Shown here: one piece after another, positions 39,718-50,704 of the stretch | Position numbering within the stretch: position 1 is the first letter of the stretch | Layout: each line of letters starts with the position of its first letter | Assembly (NCBI GenBank): GCA_902595845.1 | Contig: CACJRN010000002.1 | Span: forward strand, 142,879 to 206,878 | Reading direction: 5' to 3' | Length of the DNA: 64,000 nt | From: an uncultured Gammaproteobacteria bacterium | Lineage (GTDB): Bacteria; Pseudomonadota; Gammaproteobacteria; Steroidobacterales; UBA11654 | Program-made: the position numbers and the translations under genes | The notes under the pieces: generated by a model | The model's input: the letters and a program-made list of their open reading frames with translations, nothing else | Database searches by the model: none | What the model was told of the DNA's origin: nothing

Positions 39718-40617
39718 CTAAATAATTTCATTGAATACGATTTTTGGGCTTATGTATTCATCTGAGTAGGTGCCTAGACCTAAAAATTTTGTTTCATCGT
39801 CATAAATTCTTATGTAGTCAGAGTCTTTTATTGGCGTTTGATTAACCGAAATCGAGAGGCCATTCATAAACATCTTCGATTCTGATTTACCGACAACCAC
39901 CTTCATTAGATGACTAAGTGGTGTATCTACAGGCAATAGATACTGATCAATAGTAGTCGAATCCATTATTTTATCAAAAGCATGCATCTGCGGATTATCA
40001 AAGCAATTTATATCTAATCTTCGTAACTCATCGATATGACCAACGGTACCGAGTTTATTCGCGATGTCTTCCGCGAGAGTTCGAATGTAAGTTCCCTTGC
40101 TGCATTTAATAATCAACTCAAGACTGTTTTCATTCATTGATAGAGGTTTTATTGAGTGTATTTGGATTAATCTGGCTTTTCTTGGAACATCCATTCCTTT
40201 TAGTGCTAACTTGTATAAACGTTCACCTTTATGTTTCAAAGCTGAATACATTGGAGGTATCTGTTCTTGTTTGCCGATAAATGATTGTAATAACTGATCA
40301 ATGCTCAGAGAATCATGAGAGATGTCAACCGATGAGGCTTCAATGATTTCACCTTCTTTGTCACCGGTTGATGTTTTGACACCAAGCTTTATTTTTGCCT
40401 GGTATGTTTTATCAGAATCTATTAGGAATTTAGAGATTCTTGTTGCTCGACCCATGCAAACCGGTAAAAGTCCAGTTGCAAGTGGATCCAGGGTACCAGT
40501 ATGTCCAAGTTTCTTAATATTGAACTTTTTCTTAATTTTTTGAATTGCTTGATTTGAGCTCATCATCAATGGCTTATCGAGTAGAAGGATTCCATCGATA
40601 TTATTTTTTTGAGTCAT
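39718..40617 (-). CDS. truB: tRNA pseudouridine-55 synthase
   Basis: GILLLDKP and LGHTGTLDPLATGLLPV (catalytic Asp). 299 aa. Confidence 0.95.
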   Translation of the reverse strand: MTQKNNIDGILLLDKPLMMSSNQAIQKIKKKFNIKKLGHTGTLDPLATGLLPVCMGRATRISKFLIDSDKTYQAKIKLGVKTSTGDKEGEIIEASSVDISHDSLSIDQLLQSFIGKQEQIPPMYSALKHKGERLYKLALKGMDVPRKARLIQIHSIKPLSMNENSLELIIKCSKGTYIRTLAEDIANKLGTVGHIDELRRLDINCFDNPQMHAFDKIMDSTTIDQYLLPVDTPLSHLMKVVVGKSESKMFMNGLSISVNQTPIKDSDYIRIYDDETKFLGLGTYSDEYISPKIVFNEII

Positions 40618-40966
40618 TCTCTATGGCACTATCTATTAAGTTTGTCAGTTGATTTGCATATTGTTCGTGCTCATCAAATATGAAGTTTAGTTGTGGAATC
40701 TTTTTTAATGAAATCCTTTTACCAATATTTTTCTTAAAAATACCTGAAGCCTTTGAAATAAGATTTATTAATTCAGTAGAGCTAGCAACAGATGAATTTA
40801 ATGAAGAACAATAAACCTTAGCATGCCCTAAATCATTTGATAGTTTGACTTCATTAATGGATATGTCTCTTAATCGCGGGTCTTTTATATCATGTATGAT
40901 TGTTTCACTCATGATTCTATGGATTTTTGATTCAACTCGTGAATTGATAGAGAAATCATTTCCCAT
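40601..40966 (-). CDS. rbfA: Ribosome-binding factor A
   Basis: 121 aa, sits between infB and truB. R...I.E.I..DIKDPRL pattern. Confidence 0.9.
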   Translation of the reverse strand: MGNDFSINSRVESKIHRIMSETIIHDIKDPRLRDISINEVKLSNDLGHAKVYCSSLNSSVASSTELINLISKASGIFKKNIGKRISLKKIPQLNFIFDEHEQYANQLTNLIDSAIENDSKK

Positions 40967-40967
40967 T

Positions 40968-43376
40968 TTATTTTTTTACTTCCACAGATCTATAGCATTC
41001 GATTTGATCACCAGTTTTTACATCGTTATAGTTTTTCACACCTATACCACACTCTGTTCCAGATTTTACTTCATTGACATCATCTTTAAACCTTCTGAGT
41101 GATTCTAATTCGCCTTCGTAGATGACGGTATTATCTCTTAAGACTCTTATTGGATTTGATCGTATCACAGTTCCATCAATGACCAAGCATCCTGCTATTT
41201 TGCCCAATGATGGTGAGTCAAAAATATCTCTGACTTCAGCTAAACCGCATATTTCTTCTCTGATAACTGGCGCCGACATTCCGGATATCATATTACTGAT
41301 GTCTTCAATGGTTTCATAAATGATACTGTAGTATTTGACCTCTACGGATGAATCCTTGAGTAACTTTCTTGCGGCATTATCAGCACGAACATTGAAGCCA
41401 ATAACAAAAGCATCAGATGCCTCAGCTAGGTTCAAATCAGATTCTGTGATCCCACCAATAGAGTTCGAAATGATATCAATCTCAACTTCATCATTTGATA
41501 ATTTTAGTAAAGAATCCTTAATGGCTTCTGCGCTTCCTCTTACGTCCGCTTTGATCATAACTGATACAACTTTCTTATCTGCATCAGATGACTCCATAAA
41601 GGATTTCATTTTTTGTGCTTGCTTCTCGTTGAGTGTATTTTTCTTTCTGTTTTCTTTTCTGGAATCGCTAATTTCTTTGGCCTGTCTTTCAGATTCAACT
41701 TGTCTAAGCTCTTCACCAGTATTAGGCGCCCCAGATAATCCATAAACCTTAACAGGCATTGATGGCGTAGCTTCAGAGAGCTGGTCACCGATTTCATTCA
41801 TAAGAATTCTTGCTCGACCAAATTCTTCACCAACAATTATTAGGTCACCTTTGCTCAGTTTGCCTTCACTGATCAAAATAGTTGCCACGGCTCCTTTACC
41901 ACTCTCAACACCTGACTCAATGACACTCCCGATTGGTCGTCCCTCAAATGGTGCATTTAAGTCAAGTACTTCAGCTTGTAGCAGTATGGACTCAAGTAAG
42001 TCTTCTATGCCTTCCCCACTTTGAGCGGAAACATTTACAAATAATACATCTCCCCCTAATTCTTCAGGTATGATTTCTAACCCCATTAATTCATTCTTGA
42101 CTTTTTCGGTATTTGCTTCTGGTTTGTCTATTTTATTGATTGCTACGATCATTGGCACCCCTGCACTTTTAGCATGCTCAATGGCCTCTTCAGTTTGTGG
42201 CTTTACACCATCATCAGCGGCAACAACTAAGATGACAATGTCTGTAATGTTCGCTCCTCTAGAACGCATCTGAGAGAATGCAGCATGACCTGGGGTATCA
42301 AGGAATGTTATTTTTTGACCTTTTACATCTATAGTGTAAGCACCAATGTGTTGTGTGATACCACCCGCTTCTCCATCAGTTACCTTCGTTTTTCGAATAT
42401 AATCAAGCAGTGATGTTTTTCCATGATCGACATGGCCCATAATGGTAACAACTGGAGGTCTTTTAACGGATTCATTTTCATTTATTTGCTCATCAAATAC
42501 AGAATCCTCGACTGATCTCTCATCCATTGGGATTGCCTTATGACCCAATTCCTCAACTACTAATATGGCTGTATCTTGGTCAATATGATCATTGCCCGTT
42601 GCCATAATGCCTTGTCCAATCATTACTGAAATCACTTCACTGACTTTCATTGCAAGTTTTTGAGCAATTTCTTGAGGTGATATTGATGTTGGGATTTCAA
42701 TTGTTTTGACTACCGGTTGAGTGGGTTTTTCAAATGTGTGAGATTGGTCCAAAGATGATAAATTGACGGAGCGTCTTACTTGTCTTTTCTTCCTTCTCTT
42801 TACATTTCCCTTAACATGAAGTTCTTTTATTTCAAATGGATCTGATGGCTTTTCATGCTTAGTTTTTTTCCATTTCTTCTTAGGTTGATCCTTTGATGGT
42901 TCGCCAATGATCTGAGGATCAGGAATTGTTTCAGATACTGATGGCTCATCAATTGATGCATCTGCCTTTACAGCTTCCTCTTTTAAAGCTTCTTCTCTGG
43001 CTTTTTGCTCCTCAGCCTCTCTTTCAATTTTTTCAGTTTCTTCAGCCGCTTTTGCTTCTTCTAGGAGTGAATCTTTATTGACATAAGTCGCCTTTTTTCT
43101 GATTTCGACATTCACTGTTCTTGAAGTGCCAAAACCTCCAGAGAGTTTTAGCTCACTCTGTGATCTTCTGTTTACTGTGAGTTTCTTTGGTGACTGAATC
43201 TCTGTCTTTGTTCCATGACTTCCTCTGAGATGATTAAGCAGAGTCAACTTTTGATCATTTGTAATAGTATCTGCTTCAGTTGAAACACTGATGCCTGCAT
43301 CATTGAGCTGAGATATTAACTTCTCTGGTTTGATTTTAAGTGCAGTTGCTAATTTAGATACTGTTGTTGTTGACAT
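40968..43376 (-). CDS. infB: Translation initiation factor IF-2
   Basis: 802 aa. GHVDHGKTSLLD G1 motif, DTPGH, NKID. Lys/Glu-rich N-terminal region. Confidence 0.98.
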   Translation of the reverse strand: MSTTTVSKLATALKIKPEKLISQLNDAGISVSTEADTITNDQKLTLLNHLRGSHGTKTEIQSPKKLTVNRRSQSELKLSGGFGTSRTVNVEIRKKATYVNKDSLLEEAKAAEETEKIEREAEEQKAREEALKEEAVKADASIDEPSVSETIPDPQIIGEPSKDQPKKKWKKTKHEKPSDPFEIKELHVKGNVKRRKKRQVRRSVNLSSLDQSHTFEKPTQPVVKTIEIPTSISPQEIAQKLAMKVSEVISVMIGQGIMATGNDHIDQDTAILVVEELGHKAIPMDERSVEDSVFDEQINENESVKRPPVVTIMGHVDHGKTSLLDYIRKTKVTDGEAGGITQHIGAYTIDVKGQKITFLDTPGHAAFSQMRSRGANITDIVILVVAADDGVKPQTEEAIEHAKSAGVPMIVAINKIDKPEANTEKVKNELMGLEIIPEELGGDVLFVNVSAQSGEGIEDLLESILLQAEVLDLNAPFEGRPIGSVIESGVESGKGAVATILISEGKLSKGDLIIVGEEFGRARILMNEIGDQLSEATPSMPVKVYGLSGAPNTGEELRQVESERQAKEISDSRKENRKKNTLNEKQAQKMKSFMESSDADKKVVSVMIKADVRGSAEAIKDSLLKLSNDEVEIDIISNSIGGITESDLNLAEASDAFVIGFNVRADNAARKLLKDSSVEVKYYSIIYETIEDISNMISGMSAPVIREEICGLAEVRDIFDSPSLGKIAGCLVIDGTVIRSNPIRVLRDNTVIYEGELESLRRFKDDVNEVKSGTECGIGVKNYNDVKTGDQIECYRSVEVKK

Positions 43377-43393
43377 GATAAAATCCTAATTGT

Positions 43394-44902
43394 TTAGCTC
43401 TCTATAGTTCCTTCTTTAAACCAATCCTCTCTTGCTTCAAGTATCATAGATGAAGCCATTTCTTCATCGATACCCTCTATCTCAAGTAATTCATCTATTG
43501 ATTGTTCTGCCAATAGATTTTTTGTATTGATACCACCTCTTGCAAGGGAGTATGCAATCTCTTCTGACACTGTACCAAGCGCCAATAAGTCATCAGATGG
43601 CCCATGTTCTTCCAGATTTTCCTCTGTAGATATAGCCTCCAAGAGAAGTTGATCTTGAGCCCTTTCTCTGAGTTCATTGACCAGAGTTTCGTCAAATCCT
43701 TCAATTTTCTGAAGTTCTGTAACAGGTACATATGCTACTTGCTCAATTGTAGTGAAGCCCTCTTGAGCAAGCAATATAGCTACATCATCACCAACTGAGA
43801 GTGATTCAACAAATAAATCAGTAATCTTTTGTAATTCTTCATCATCTTTCTCTAATGCCTCAGTCTCACTTAAGACATTGAGTTTCCATTGGGTCAATTC
43901 ACTTGCTAGCCTGATGTTTTGGCCACCTTTACCTATTGCTTGAGATAATTTTGCTTCTTCAACCGCAATATCCATGCTTTGATTTTCTTCATCCACTACA
44001 ATTGAGACAACATTTGCTGGAGACATAGCATTCACAACGAATTGAGCATTGTTCTCAGACCATAGGATTATATCGATTCGTTCTCCATTTAACTCATTAG
44101 ACACAGATTGAACCCTCGATCCTCTCATGCCAACACAAGCACCCACAGCATCGATACGTTTATCATCAGATCTGACTGCAATTTTTGCTCTTGATCCAGG
44201 ATCTCTGGATGCGCCAACGATATTAATAAGGTTTTGATTAATCTCTGGTACTTCAATCTTGAACAACTCAATTAAGAAATCAGGACTTACTCTGGATAAT
44301 ATGAGTGGTGGCCCCTTTAAATCATCGTTGATGTCTTTTAGAAGAGCTTTGATTCGATCTTGTGGGCGAATGGCCTCTTTAGCAATCGATTCTCTTCTCG
44401 GTAGAAATGCCTCAGCATTATTTCCAACATCAACATAAAAACCATTTCTATCAACACGCTTCACTACACCGCCCAAAACTTCGCCTATCCGATCTTGATA
44501 AAGATTAATGACCTTCTTTTTTTCAGCCTCTCTTACTTTTTGAACGATAACCTGTTTTGCAATTTGTGCACCAATCCTACTGTCTAAGTCTACCGATTCA
44601 ATTTCCTCATAGACGTACTCACCTTCCTTGGCATCTTTATCAACATCAACGGCATCAAGCATTCTAAGTTCATAGTCAGGATCTTCTAATTCCCTAGAAT
44701 CATCTGCAAAGACCATCCATCTGCGATAAGTTTTATAATCACCTGATTCGCGATCTATGATGACTTTTACATCCATGTTTTCTGTATATTTTTTCTTAGT
44801 AGTGGACTCCAAAGCATTCTCAATTGCCTCAAAGATCACTTCTCTTTCAACATCCTTAGCTTCAGAGAGTGTATCCACTACTTTAATGATTTCAGTGATC
44901 AT
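43394..44902 (-). CDS. nusA: Transcription termination/antitermination factor NusA (with acidic C-terminal repeats)
   Basis: 502 aa. S1 plus two KH domains (GACVGMRGSRVQ, IGKGGQNIRLA) and two HhH acidic repeats typical of gammaproteobacteria. Confidence 0.97.
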   Translation of the reverse strand: MITEIIKVVDTLSEAKDVEREVIFEAIENALESTTKKKYTENMDVKVIIDRESGDYKTYRRWMVFADDSRELEDPDYELRMLDAVDVDKDAKEGEYVYEEIESVDLDSRIGAQIAKQVIVQKVREAEKKKVINLYQDRIGEVLGGVVKRVDRNGFYVDVGNNAEAFLPRRESIAKEAIRPQDRIKALLKDINDDLKGPPLILSRVSPDFLIELFKIEVPEINQNLINIVGASRDPGSRAKIAVRSDDKRIDAVGACVGMRGSRVQSVSNELNGERIDIILWSENNAQFVVNAMSPANVVSIVVDEENQSMDIAVEEAKLSQAIGKGGQNIRLASELTQWKLNVLSETEALEKDDEELQKITDLFVESLSVGDDVAILLAQEGFTTIEQVAYVPVTELQKIEGFDETLVNELRERAQDQLLLEAISTEENLEEHGPSDDLLALGTVSEEIAYSLARGGINTKNLLAEQSIDELLEIEGIDEEMASSMILEAREDWFKEGTIES

Positions 44903-44916
44903 TTAAATTTACCTCT

Positions 44917-45369
44917 TTAATTAAATTGTGGAACAATTCGACATATGTCAATACTGTCCATTGGAATCTCAAAAACTTGATCATCTTCTAGGATTACCAA
45001 ATCCCCTCTTCGATCAGTCAGCAATCCTTTAAAATTCTTACGATCATTTAATTTTTCTTTAAGCTTTATTTTTATTGTCTTACCAATGAACCGATCAAAA
45101 TCCTCTTTTTTTACGAGCTTTCTATCAAGGCCTGGTGATGAAACTTCTAACTCATAACTTTCAGGATCTATAAATTCATCAATGACTACTTCTGATGCCT
45201 TTGAAACAGAAATGCAATCATCTATTCCGATACCATTTGCATGATCTATGAAAAGCACCATTTTAATACCTTTTCTGAGACTATGTTGCTCAATTTCAAT
45301 CAATTCATAACCTTTTTTTTCAATTTGCTCACGCAAAGTCTCTTCTAAATTTTTTCTTACTTCATCCAT
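44917..45369 (-). CDS. rimP: Ribosome maturation factor RimP
   Basis: Position between tRNA-fMet and nusA. LEVSSPGLDRKL motif. The track start 45381 falls inside the terminator U-tract; ATG 45369 (MDEVRKN) is preferred. Confidence 0.9.
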   Translation of the reverse strand: MDEVRKNLEETLREQIEKKGYELIEIEQHSLRKGIKMVLFIDHANGIGIDDCISVSKASEVVIDEFIDPESYELEVSSPGLDRKLVKKEDFDRFIGKTIKIKLKEKLNDRKNFKGLLTDRRGDLVILEDDQVFEIPMDSIDICRIVPQFN

Positions 45370-45380
45370 ACCAATACACA

Positions 45381-45404
45381 AAAATAAAGCCCCAGAAGGG
45401 GCCT
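45381..45404 (-). terminator. Intrinsic terminator/attenuator hairpin between tRNA-fMet and rimP
   Basis: Minus-strand RNA AGGCCCC-UUCU-GGGGCUU followed by UAUUUUU, 10 nt after the tRNA 3' end. Confidence 0.6.
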
Positions 45405-45413
45405 AACCAAAAT

Positions 45414-45490
<77 letters not shown>

Positions 45491-45503
45491 TCTGTGTTGA
45501 AAG

Positions 45504-45532
45504 ATACTAATCTTTTTTAATTAATCTATCAA
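45504..45532 (-). promoter_or_regulatory. Candidate sigma70 promoter for tRNA-fMet / rimP operon, -35 embedded in the last nuoN codons
   Basis: Minus strand TTGATA, 17-nt spacer, TAGTAT; the -10 ends 13 nt before the tRNA 5' end. TTGATA is part of nuoN ...TTA TTG ATA GAT TAA. Confidence 0.5.
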
Positions 45533-46954
45533 TAAAAATGAGGAAATAATAATGCGTGTGTAATCTATGATTGGATTGGGATAAAGGCCAATCAAAAGGA
45601 GCATGACTGATACAAATATGCTTGTTATTGAATGTGTATTCATCATCCCTTTGTTTTCTATAGGTTGATCGGTTTTCTCAAAGTACATGAACCAGACTAC
45701 TCTTAAGTAATAATATGCAGCGATAACTGACATGATTATGCCCACTATTGCAAACCAAAGCATTCCATTATTGACCAATTCTGACAGAACGATCCATTTT
45801 GCATAAAACCCAATAAATGGAGGAATACCCACCATGCTGAACATGCAAAATAAAAGCATAAATGCTATCAGAGGGTGAGAATTATTCAGTCCCTTGAGAT
45901 CACTTAACTCAATGTGCTGATGATCTTCTGACGATATTGACTCAATTAGAGCAAATGCTGAGATAGTCATAAGGATATACATCAGTAAATAAGTCATTGA
46001 TGCACTGATACCACCATCATTTACAATTGAAAATGAGAGCAAGACAAAACCGATATGTCCAATTGCAGAGTAAGCAAGCATTCTTCTGAGGTTGATTTGC
46101 ATCAATGCAATTAGATTTCCAATAATGATTGATAACAGGCCAGCGGACAGAATCAATATAGACCAAAACTCACTCATCACATTTAATGAATCTAAAAATA
46201 ATCTGCTGATCAAAGCAAATGCTCCTATCTTGGGTACTGAGGAGATATAAATTGCTGCTGTCGTATTGGAGCCCTGGTATGAATCTGGAACCCAACTATG
46301 AAATGGAAATGCACCAAATTTGAATATAACTCCACATGCAATAAACGCAACTGCTATTCTCATTTCCAAACCATCCAGTAGATTGGACTCTTTTATAAGC
46401 TCAAGCGATAAGGTACCAGTGACACCATACACGATTGAAAGGCCATACAGGAAGATCGCCGAAGCAATGGCGCCAAGAATAAAGAACTTCATCGCCGATT
46501 CAGTAGCTTCAATTGAGTTTCTATTTGAGGCTACCATTCCATACATTGATAGGGTTAAGGTCTCAAGGCCAAGGTAAACCGTCAATAGGTTGTGCGCTGA
46601 GCAGAGGATCAGTACACCTAGTGTAGCAAACAGTTGAATGAGGAAAATCTCATTTTTGATGTTGTTTTTAGATTTGAGAGATGCCAGATGAACCAGTATT
46701 GATGCAATTAAAGCTATAATTTTCAGATTGGTCCCGAATGAGTCAATAACATAGTGACCGTTGAAAATATTACTATTCGGTATCTCTAAACTCACAAAAG
46801 AAAGAAATAATGCAACTGATAAAAAGAATAAAATCATCGAATGGATAAATGCAGCTGAGACGCTTCGAATTAAACTGTTGACTAAGATGACAACACAAAT
46901 AGCAATGGCTATTGTGACCTCTGGCAAGATTGATCCAATGATATGAAATGTCAT
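45521..46954 (-). CDS. nuoN: NADH-quinone oxidoreductase subunit N
   Basis: 477 aa polytopic antiporter-like subunit, last gene of the nuo operon. Confidence 0.93.
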   Translation of the reverse strand: MTFHIIGSILPEVTIAIAICVVILVNSLIRSVSAAFIHSMILFFLSVALFLSFVSLEIPNSNIFNGHYVIDSFGTNLKIIALIASILVHLASLKSKNNIKNEIFLIQLFATLGVLILCSAHNLLTVYLGLETLTLSMYGMVASNRNSIEATESAMKFFILGAIASAIFLYGLSIVYGVTGTLSLELIKESNLLDGLEMRIAVAFIACGVIFKFGAFPFHSWVPDSYQGSNTTAAIYISSVPKIGAFALISRLFLDSLNVMSEFWSILILSAGLLSIIIGNLIALMQINLRRMLAYSAIGHIGFVLLSFSIVNDGGISASMTYLLMYILMTISAFALIESISSEDHQHIELSDLKGLNNSHPLIAFMLLFCMFSMVGIPPFIGFYAKWIVLSELVNNGMLWFAIVGIIMSVIAAYYYLRVVWFMYFEKTDQPIENKGMMNTHSITSIFVSVMLLLIGLYPNPIIDYTRIIISSFLLID

Positions 46955-48450
46955 ATCCCAGCTCCTAGAAACACTAATTTAGATAAGTCATTGATTGATA
47001 CATACATCAAATTCATTAACGGTTCAGGGTATACACCCATTGCCAATACCATGATCGCAAGAATCATTAGTGGTATGAGCTCAATTGCAGAAACATCCTG
47101 AATATCATTGATTTTTTCATTAGTGACATCACCAAAAATAACACGCTTGATCATCCACAATGTGTATGCTGCTCCAATGACTAAGGTTGTACCTGATAAG
47201 AGTGCGATCCAGAAATTAACTTTCAAGCTCGCTAGAATCACCAAAACTTCTCCAACAAACCCTGATGTACCAGGCAGAGCAGCATTGGCTAGTGCAAAAA
47301 AGACCATCAAACCTGCAAAACGAGGCATCATTAAAGCAACACCACCATAATCATCTATTTCTCTACTGTGAACTCTGTCATACATCACACCTATGCATAG
47401 GAATAAAGCACCCGATATTAATCCATGTGAAATCATCTGTATCATTGCACCACTGATTGCTAAATTCATAATCTCTAGAGAAGCAATTTCATGATCCAGG
47501 AAAACGACAAAAGTACCGAGCGTTACAAAGCCCATGTGAGCAACCGATGAATAAGCGATGAGTTTCTTCATATCTGTTTGAGACAGTGCGACCATACCGA
47601 TGTAGATGATTGCAATAAGGGATAGCACAACCATAACCATTGAGAGCTCACTCGATGCATTTGGCGTGATTGGTAAACTGAATCTAAGCAAACCATAACC
47701 GCCCATCTTAAGAAGTATCGCTGCAAGAATCACTGATCCTCCTGTTGGTGCTTCGACGTGAGCATCAGGCAACCAGGTATGAACTGGCCACATTGGAATT
47801 TTAACGGCAAAAGCGAACAAGAATGCTAGGAATATAAGAATTTGCTCAGTTCTGGATAAGTCAATATTGTAAAAATCAAAGATCGAATATGATCCGGTTT
47901 GAATGTATAGATAGATGATTGCTATCAACATAAAGACTGATCCGAGGAATGTATATAGGAAGAATTTAATAGTTGCATAAACTCGATTCTTGCCACCCCA
48001 TATTCCTATGATGATGAACATTGGAATCAACATGGCTTCCCAGAAAACATAGAACAGGAAAGCATCCAAAGCACTGAATACTCCGATCATTAAACCTTCC
48101 AATATTAAGAATGAAGCTAAGTATTGGTGGAGGTTGGATTTTTCTGAAGTTCTTGAGGTCAATAAGACTATCGGTGTAATAAATGTTGTCAGAAGAATGA
48201 GTGGAAAAGAAATGCCGTCAACACCGAGATGATAATTTATATCGAAACGCTCTATCCATGAAGTGATCAACTCAAATTGGATACCAGTTTGACTGGAATC
48301 GTACATTGATAATGCATACAAACTGATAACAAATACCAAAGAGGATGAGAATATAGATAGCGAGTATGAAAGTGATCCGTAATTTTTACCGATCATAAGT
48401 ATGATTAAGCCGGATATAATGGGTGCCCAAATCATCAAATCGAGAATCAT
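46951..48450 (-). CDS. nuoM: NADH-quinone oxidoreductase subunit M
   Basis: Antiporter-like subunit. The track ORF begins at 48480 inside nuoL; ATG 48450 gives an ATGA overlap with the nuoL stop. Confidence 0.93.
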   Translation of the reverse strand: MILDLMIWAPIISGLIILMIGKNYGSLSYSLSIFSSSLVFVISLYALSMYDSSQTGIQFELITSWIERFDINYHLGVDGISFPLILLTTFITPIVLLTSRTSEKSNLHQYLASFLILEGLMIGVFSALDAFLFYVFWEAMLIPMFIIIGIWGGKNRVYATIKFFLYTFLGSVFMLIAIIYLYIQTGSYSIFDFYNIDLSRTEQILIFLAFLFAFAVKIPMWPVHTWLPDAHVEAPTGGSVILAAILLKMGGYGLLRFSLPITPNASSELSMVMVVLSLIAIIYIGMVALSQTDMKKLIAYSSVAHMGFVTLGTFVVFLDHEIASLEIMNLAISGAMIQMISHGLISGALFLCIGVMYDRVHSREIDDYGGVALMMPRFAGLMVFFALANAALPGTSGFVGEVLVILASLKVNFWIALLSGTTLVIGAAYTLWMIKRVIFGDVTNEKINDIQDVSAIELIPLMILAIMVLAMGVYPEPLMNLMYVSINDLSKLVFLGAGI

Positions 48451-50396
48451 GATGCACCACCAAGATCTAGTATTGTCCATGCCAAGAAAATTGCCAGGCC
48501 AAGAATCATCATAAGGGCATAGTGATATATATAACCTGTTTGAATTCCTTTAATTCTGTTTGCGATATTTCCGATCCTATAAGCTGTCCCATTAACAATG
48601 AAATTATCGATGGTTTTTATATCTCCCACTTTCCATAAAAGATCACCGATGTTGCGAGCCTGTTTTGCAAAAACGTTCTCGTATAAATCATCAAAATAAT
48701 ATTTATTATCTAGGAGACGATATATGAATGATGATTTATAAGTTTCATCATGCAGAATGCTCGGTTTTTGGATGTATAGGATATACGCTGTAGCGACCCC
48801 AAATAATGCAATGTATATCACTGGACTTGAAAATGCATGGATCAAGAAACCGTAAGCAGACGTGAATTCATATCCGAATATCTGGTATGCATCAGGCTGC
48901 GAAATGGCAGTTGTAAAATATGAACCAAAAACCATGGGACCAACCGTAGGCCAGGCAATAATTACTGATGGAATTGCCAACAATACTAAGGGAAGCGTAA
49001 TTGATAACGGTGACTCTTTGACATCATGGTGATGTTCATCCAAAGCACCATGAAATACTGTGAAAAACAGTCTGAACGTATACAGTGCTGTAATGAAAAC
49101 CCCAATTAAAACTGATGCGTATGCAAAACCCGAGCCAATAATGTCTGCATGACCAATTGCTTCAATCAATGCATCTTTTGAGAAAAAGCCAGAAAATCCG
49201 GGGAACCCTATTAATGCCAATGATCCGATCAGAGATGTCACATAAGTGATTGGTAATTTGTTCTTCAATCCACCCATTTTCCTGATGTCTTGCTCATGGT
49301 GTAATGCAACAATAACAGATCCTGCTGCTAGAAATAGTAACGCTTTAAAAAAAGCATGAGTCATCAAATGGAATAAACTGGCAGAGTATGCAGAAACACC
49401 AGCAGCAGCAACCATATATCCCAGTTGAGAGAGCGTTGAATATGCGACAACTCGTTTAATATCATTTTGAATCAAACCCAGGATGCCAGTAAACAATGCC
49501 GTAGTTGCTCCAATAATCAGAACAAATGAGAGTGCTGTAGTGGAAAGTTCAAATAATGGTGACATTCTTGCAAGTAAGAAAACGCCAGCAGTGACCATGG
49601 TTGCTGCATGTATAAGGGCCGATATTGGTGTTGGACCTTCCATTGAATCTGGCAGCCATACATGAAGCGGCATTTGTGCAGATTTACCCATTGCTCCACC
49701 GAATAATAGGATGCAAGCTGCAGTCAGCGCAGAAACGGTCAGGGTACTTGTCAGTAGTAACTCAGTTTGAGCAATCTCTTGTGAGTTTGAAAAAACAGCA
49801 TAATAATCAAGTGAACCAGTGATCGAAAAGATAATGCCAATACCCAGGATGAGAGATAAATCCCCTACTCTATTCACAATAAATGCTTTTAAATTTGCCT
49901 TGATTGCAGATTCTTTGGTGTACCAAAAACCGATGAGCAGATACGACATCACACCAACAGCTTCCCAACCAAAGAATAATTGCAGGAAGTTATTTGACAT
50001 CACTAGGCTCAACATTGAGAAGGTAAATAGACTGATGTATGAGAAAAACCGATGATATCCAGGATCATCATACATATAACCTATTGTATAAACATGAACC
50101 ATCAATGACACAAAGGTTACAACCACCATCATGCTGGCCGTTAGATTATCAATGAGAAGTCCTATATGAAATGACTGATCTCCAATATTCAGCCATGTAT
50201 AAATATTTTGATTGATGACAGCGGATGATTCAAGGATCTCAAGAGCGATGATGCAAGATAAAACAAAAGAGATACTGACACCTATTATGGTAACAAAGTT
50301 AACAAAATTCTTACCAAATGATTTACCAAGGAATGCAGCCATGATTCCACCAAATAGTGGTGATAAGAGCGCAATAAGACTATATTCAAGCATCAT
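48447..50396 (-). CDS. nuoL: NADH-quinone oxidoreductase subunit L
   Basis: 649 aa antiporter-like subunit with a C-terminal lateral-helix extension. Confidence 0.95.
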   Translation of the reverse strand: MMLEYSLIALLSPLFGGIMAAFLGKSFGKNFVNFVTIIGVSISFVLSCIIALEILESSAVINQNIYTWLNIGDQSFHIGLLIDNLTASMMVVVTFVSLMVHVYTIGYMYDDPGYHRFFSYISLFTFSMLSLVMSNNFLQLFFGWEAVGVMSYLLIGFWYTKESAIKANLKAFIVNRVGDLSLILGIGIIFSITGSLDYYAVFSNSQEIAQTELLLTSTLTVSALTAACILLFGGAMGKSAQMPLHVWLPDSMEGPTPISALIHAATMVTAGVFLLARMSPLFELSTTALSFVLIIGATTALFTGILGLIQNDIKRVVAYSTLSQLGYMVAAAGVSAYSASLFHLMTHAFFKALLFLAAGSVIVALHHEQDIRKMGGLKNKLPITYVTSLIGSLALIGFPGFSGFFSKDALIEAIGHADIIGSGFAYASVLIGVFITALYTFRLFFTVFHGALDEHHHDVKESPLSITLPLVLLAIPSVIIAWPTVGPMVFGSYFTTAISQPDAYQIFGYEFTSAYGFLIHAFSSPVIYIALFGVATAYILYIQKPSILHDETYKSSFIYRLLDNKYYFDDLYENVFAKQARNIGDLLWKVGDIKTIDNFIVNGTAYRIGNIANRIKGIQTGYIYHYALMMILGLAIFLAWTILDLGGAS

Positions 50397-50398
50397 AT

Positions 50399-50704
50399 TT
50401 AATTTCTCAGCTTATTGAGTTCGCCAACAGATATTGACTTCTTGTTTCGATATAGGGCAACTAAAATCGCAAGACCGATTGCAGCTTCAGCAGCAGCGAC
50501 TGTTAATATGAAAAAAACAAAGACCTGGCCAGATAGATCCTGCAAGAAATGCGAGAAAGCAATGAAATTAAAATTGACTGATATCAGCAACAGCTCAGTA
50601 CACATCATAACAATGATGATATTTTTTCGGTTGATGACGATTCCTGTGATTCCTATCGAGAATATTATGGCTGATAACGTCAAGTAAGATTGCAAGGTTA
50701 GCAT
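50399..50704 (-). CDS. nuoK: NADH-quinone oxidoreductase subunit K
   Basis: 101 aa, three TM helices, conserved operon position. Confidence 0.93.
   Translation of the reverse strand: MLTLQSYLTLSAIIFSIGITGIVINRKNIIIVMMCTELLLISVNFNFIAFSHFLQDLSGQVFVFFILTVAAAEAAIGLAILVALYRNKKSISVGELNKLRN

Noticed and set aside
41335-41745. Long antisense ORFs opposite conserved genes: 41335-41745 vs infB, 38597-39004 vs pnp, 60778-61161 vs glmM, 62412-62777 vs ftsH, 21116-21472 vs rpsA.
   Set aside because: All lie fully inside strongly supported genes. They have Ser/Leu/Phe/Ile-rich low-complexity translations, no SD sequences and no recognisable motifs. They are typical shadow frames of codon-biased genes.
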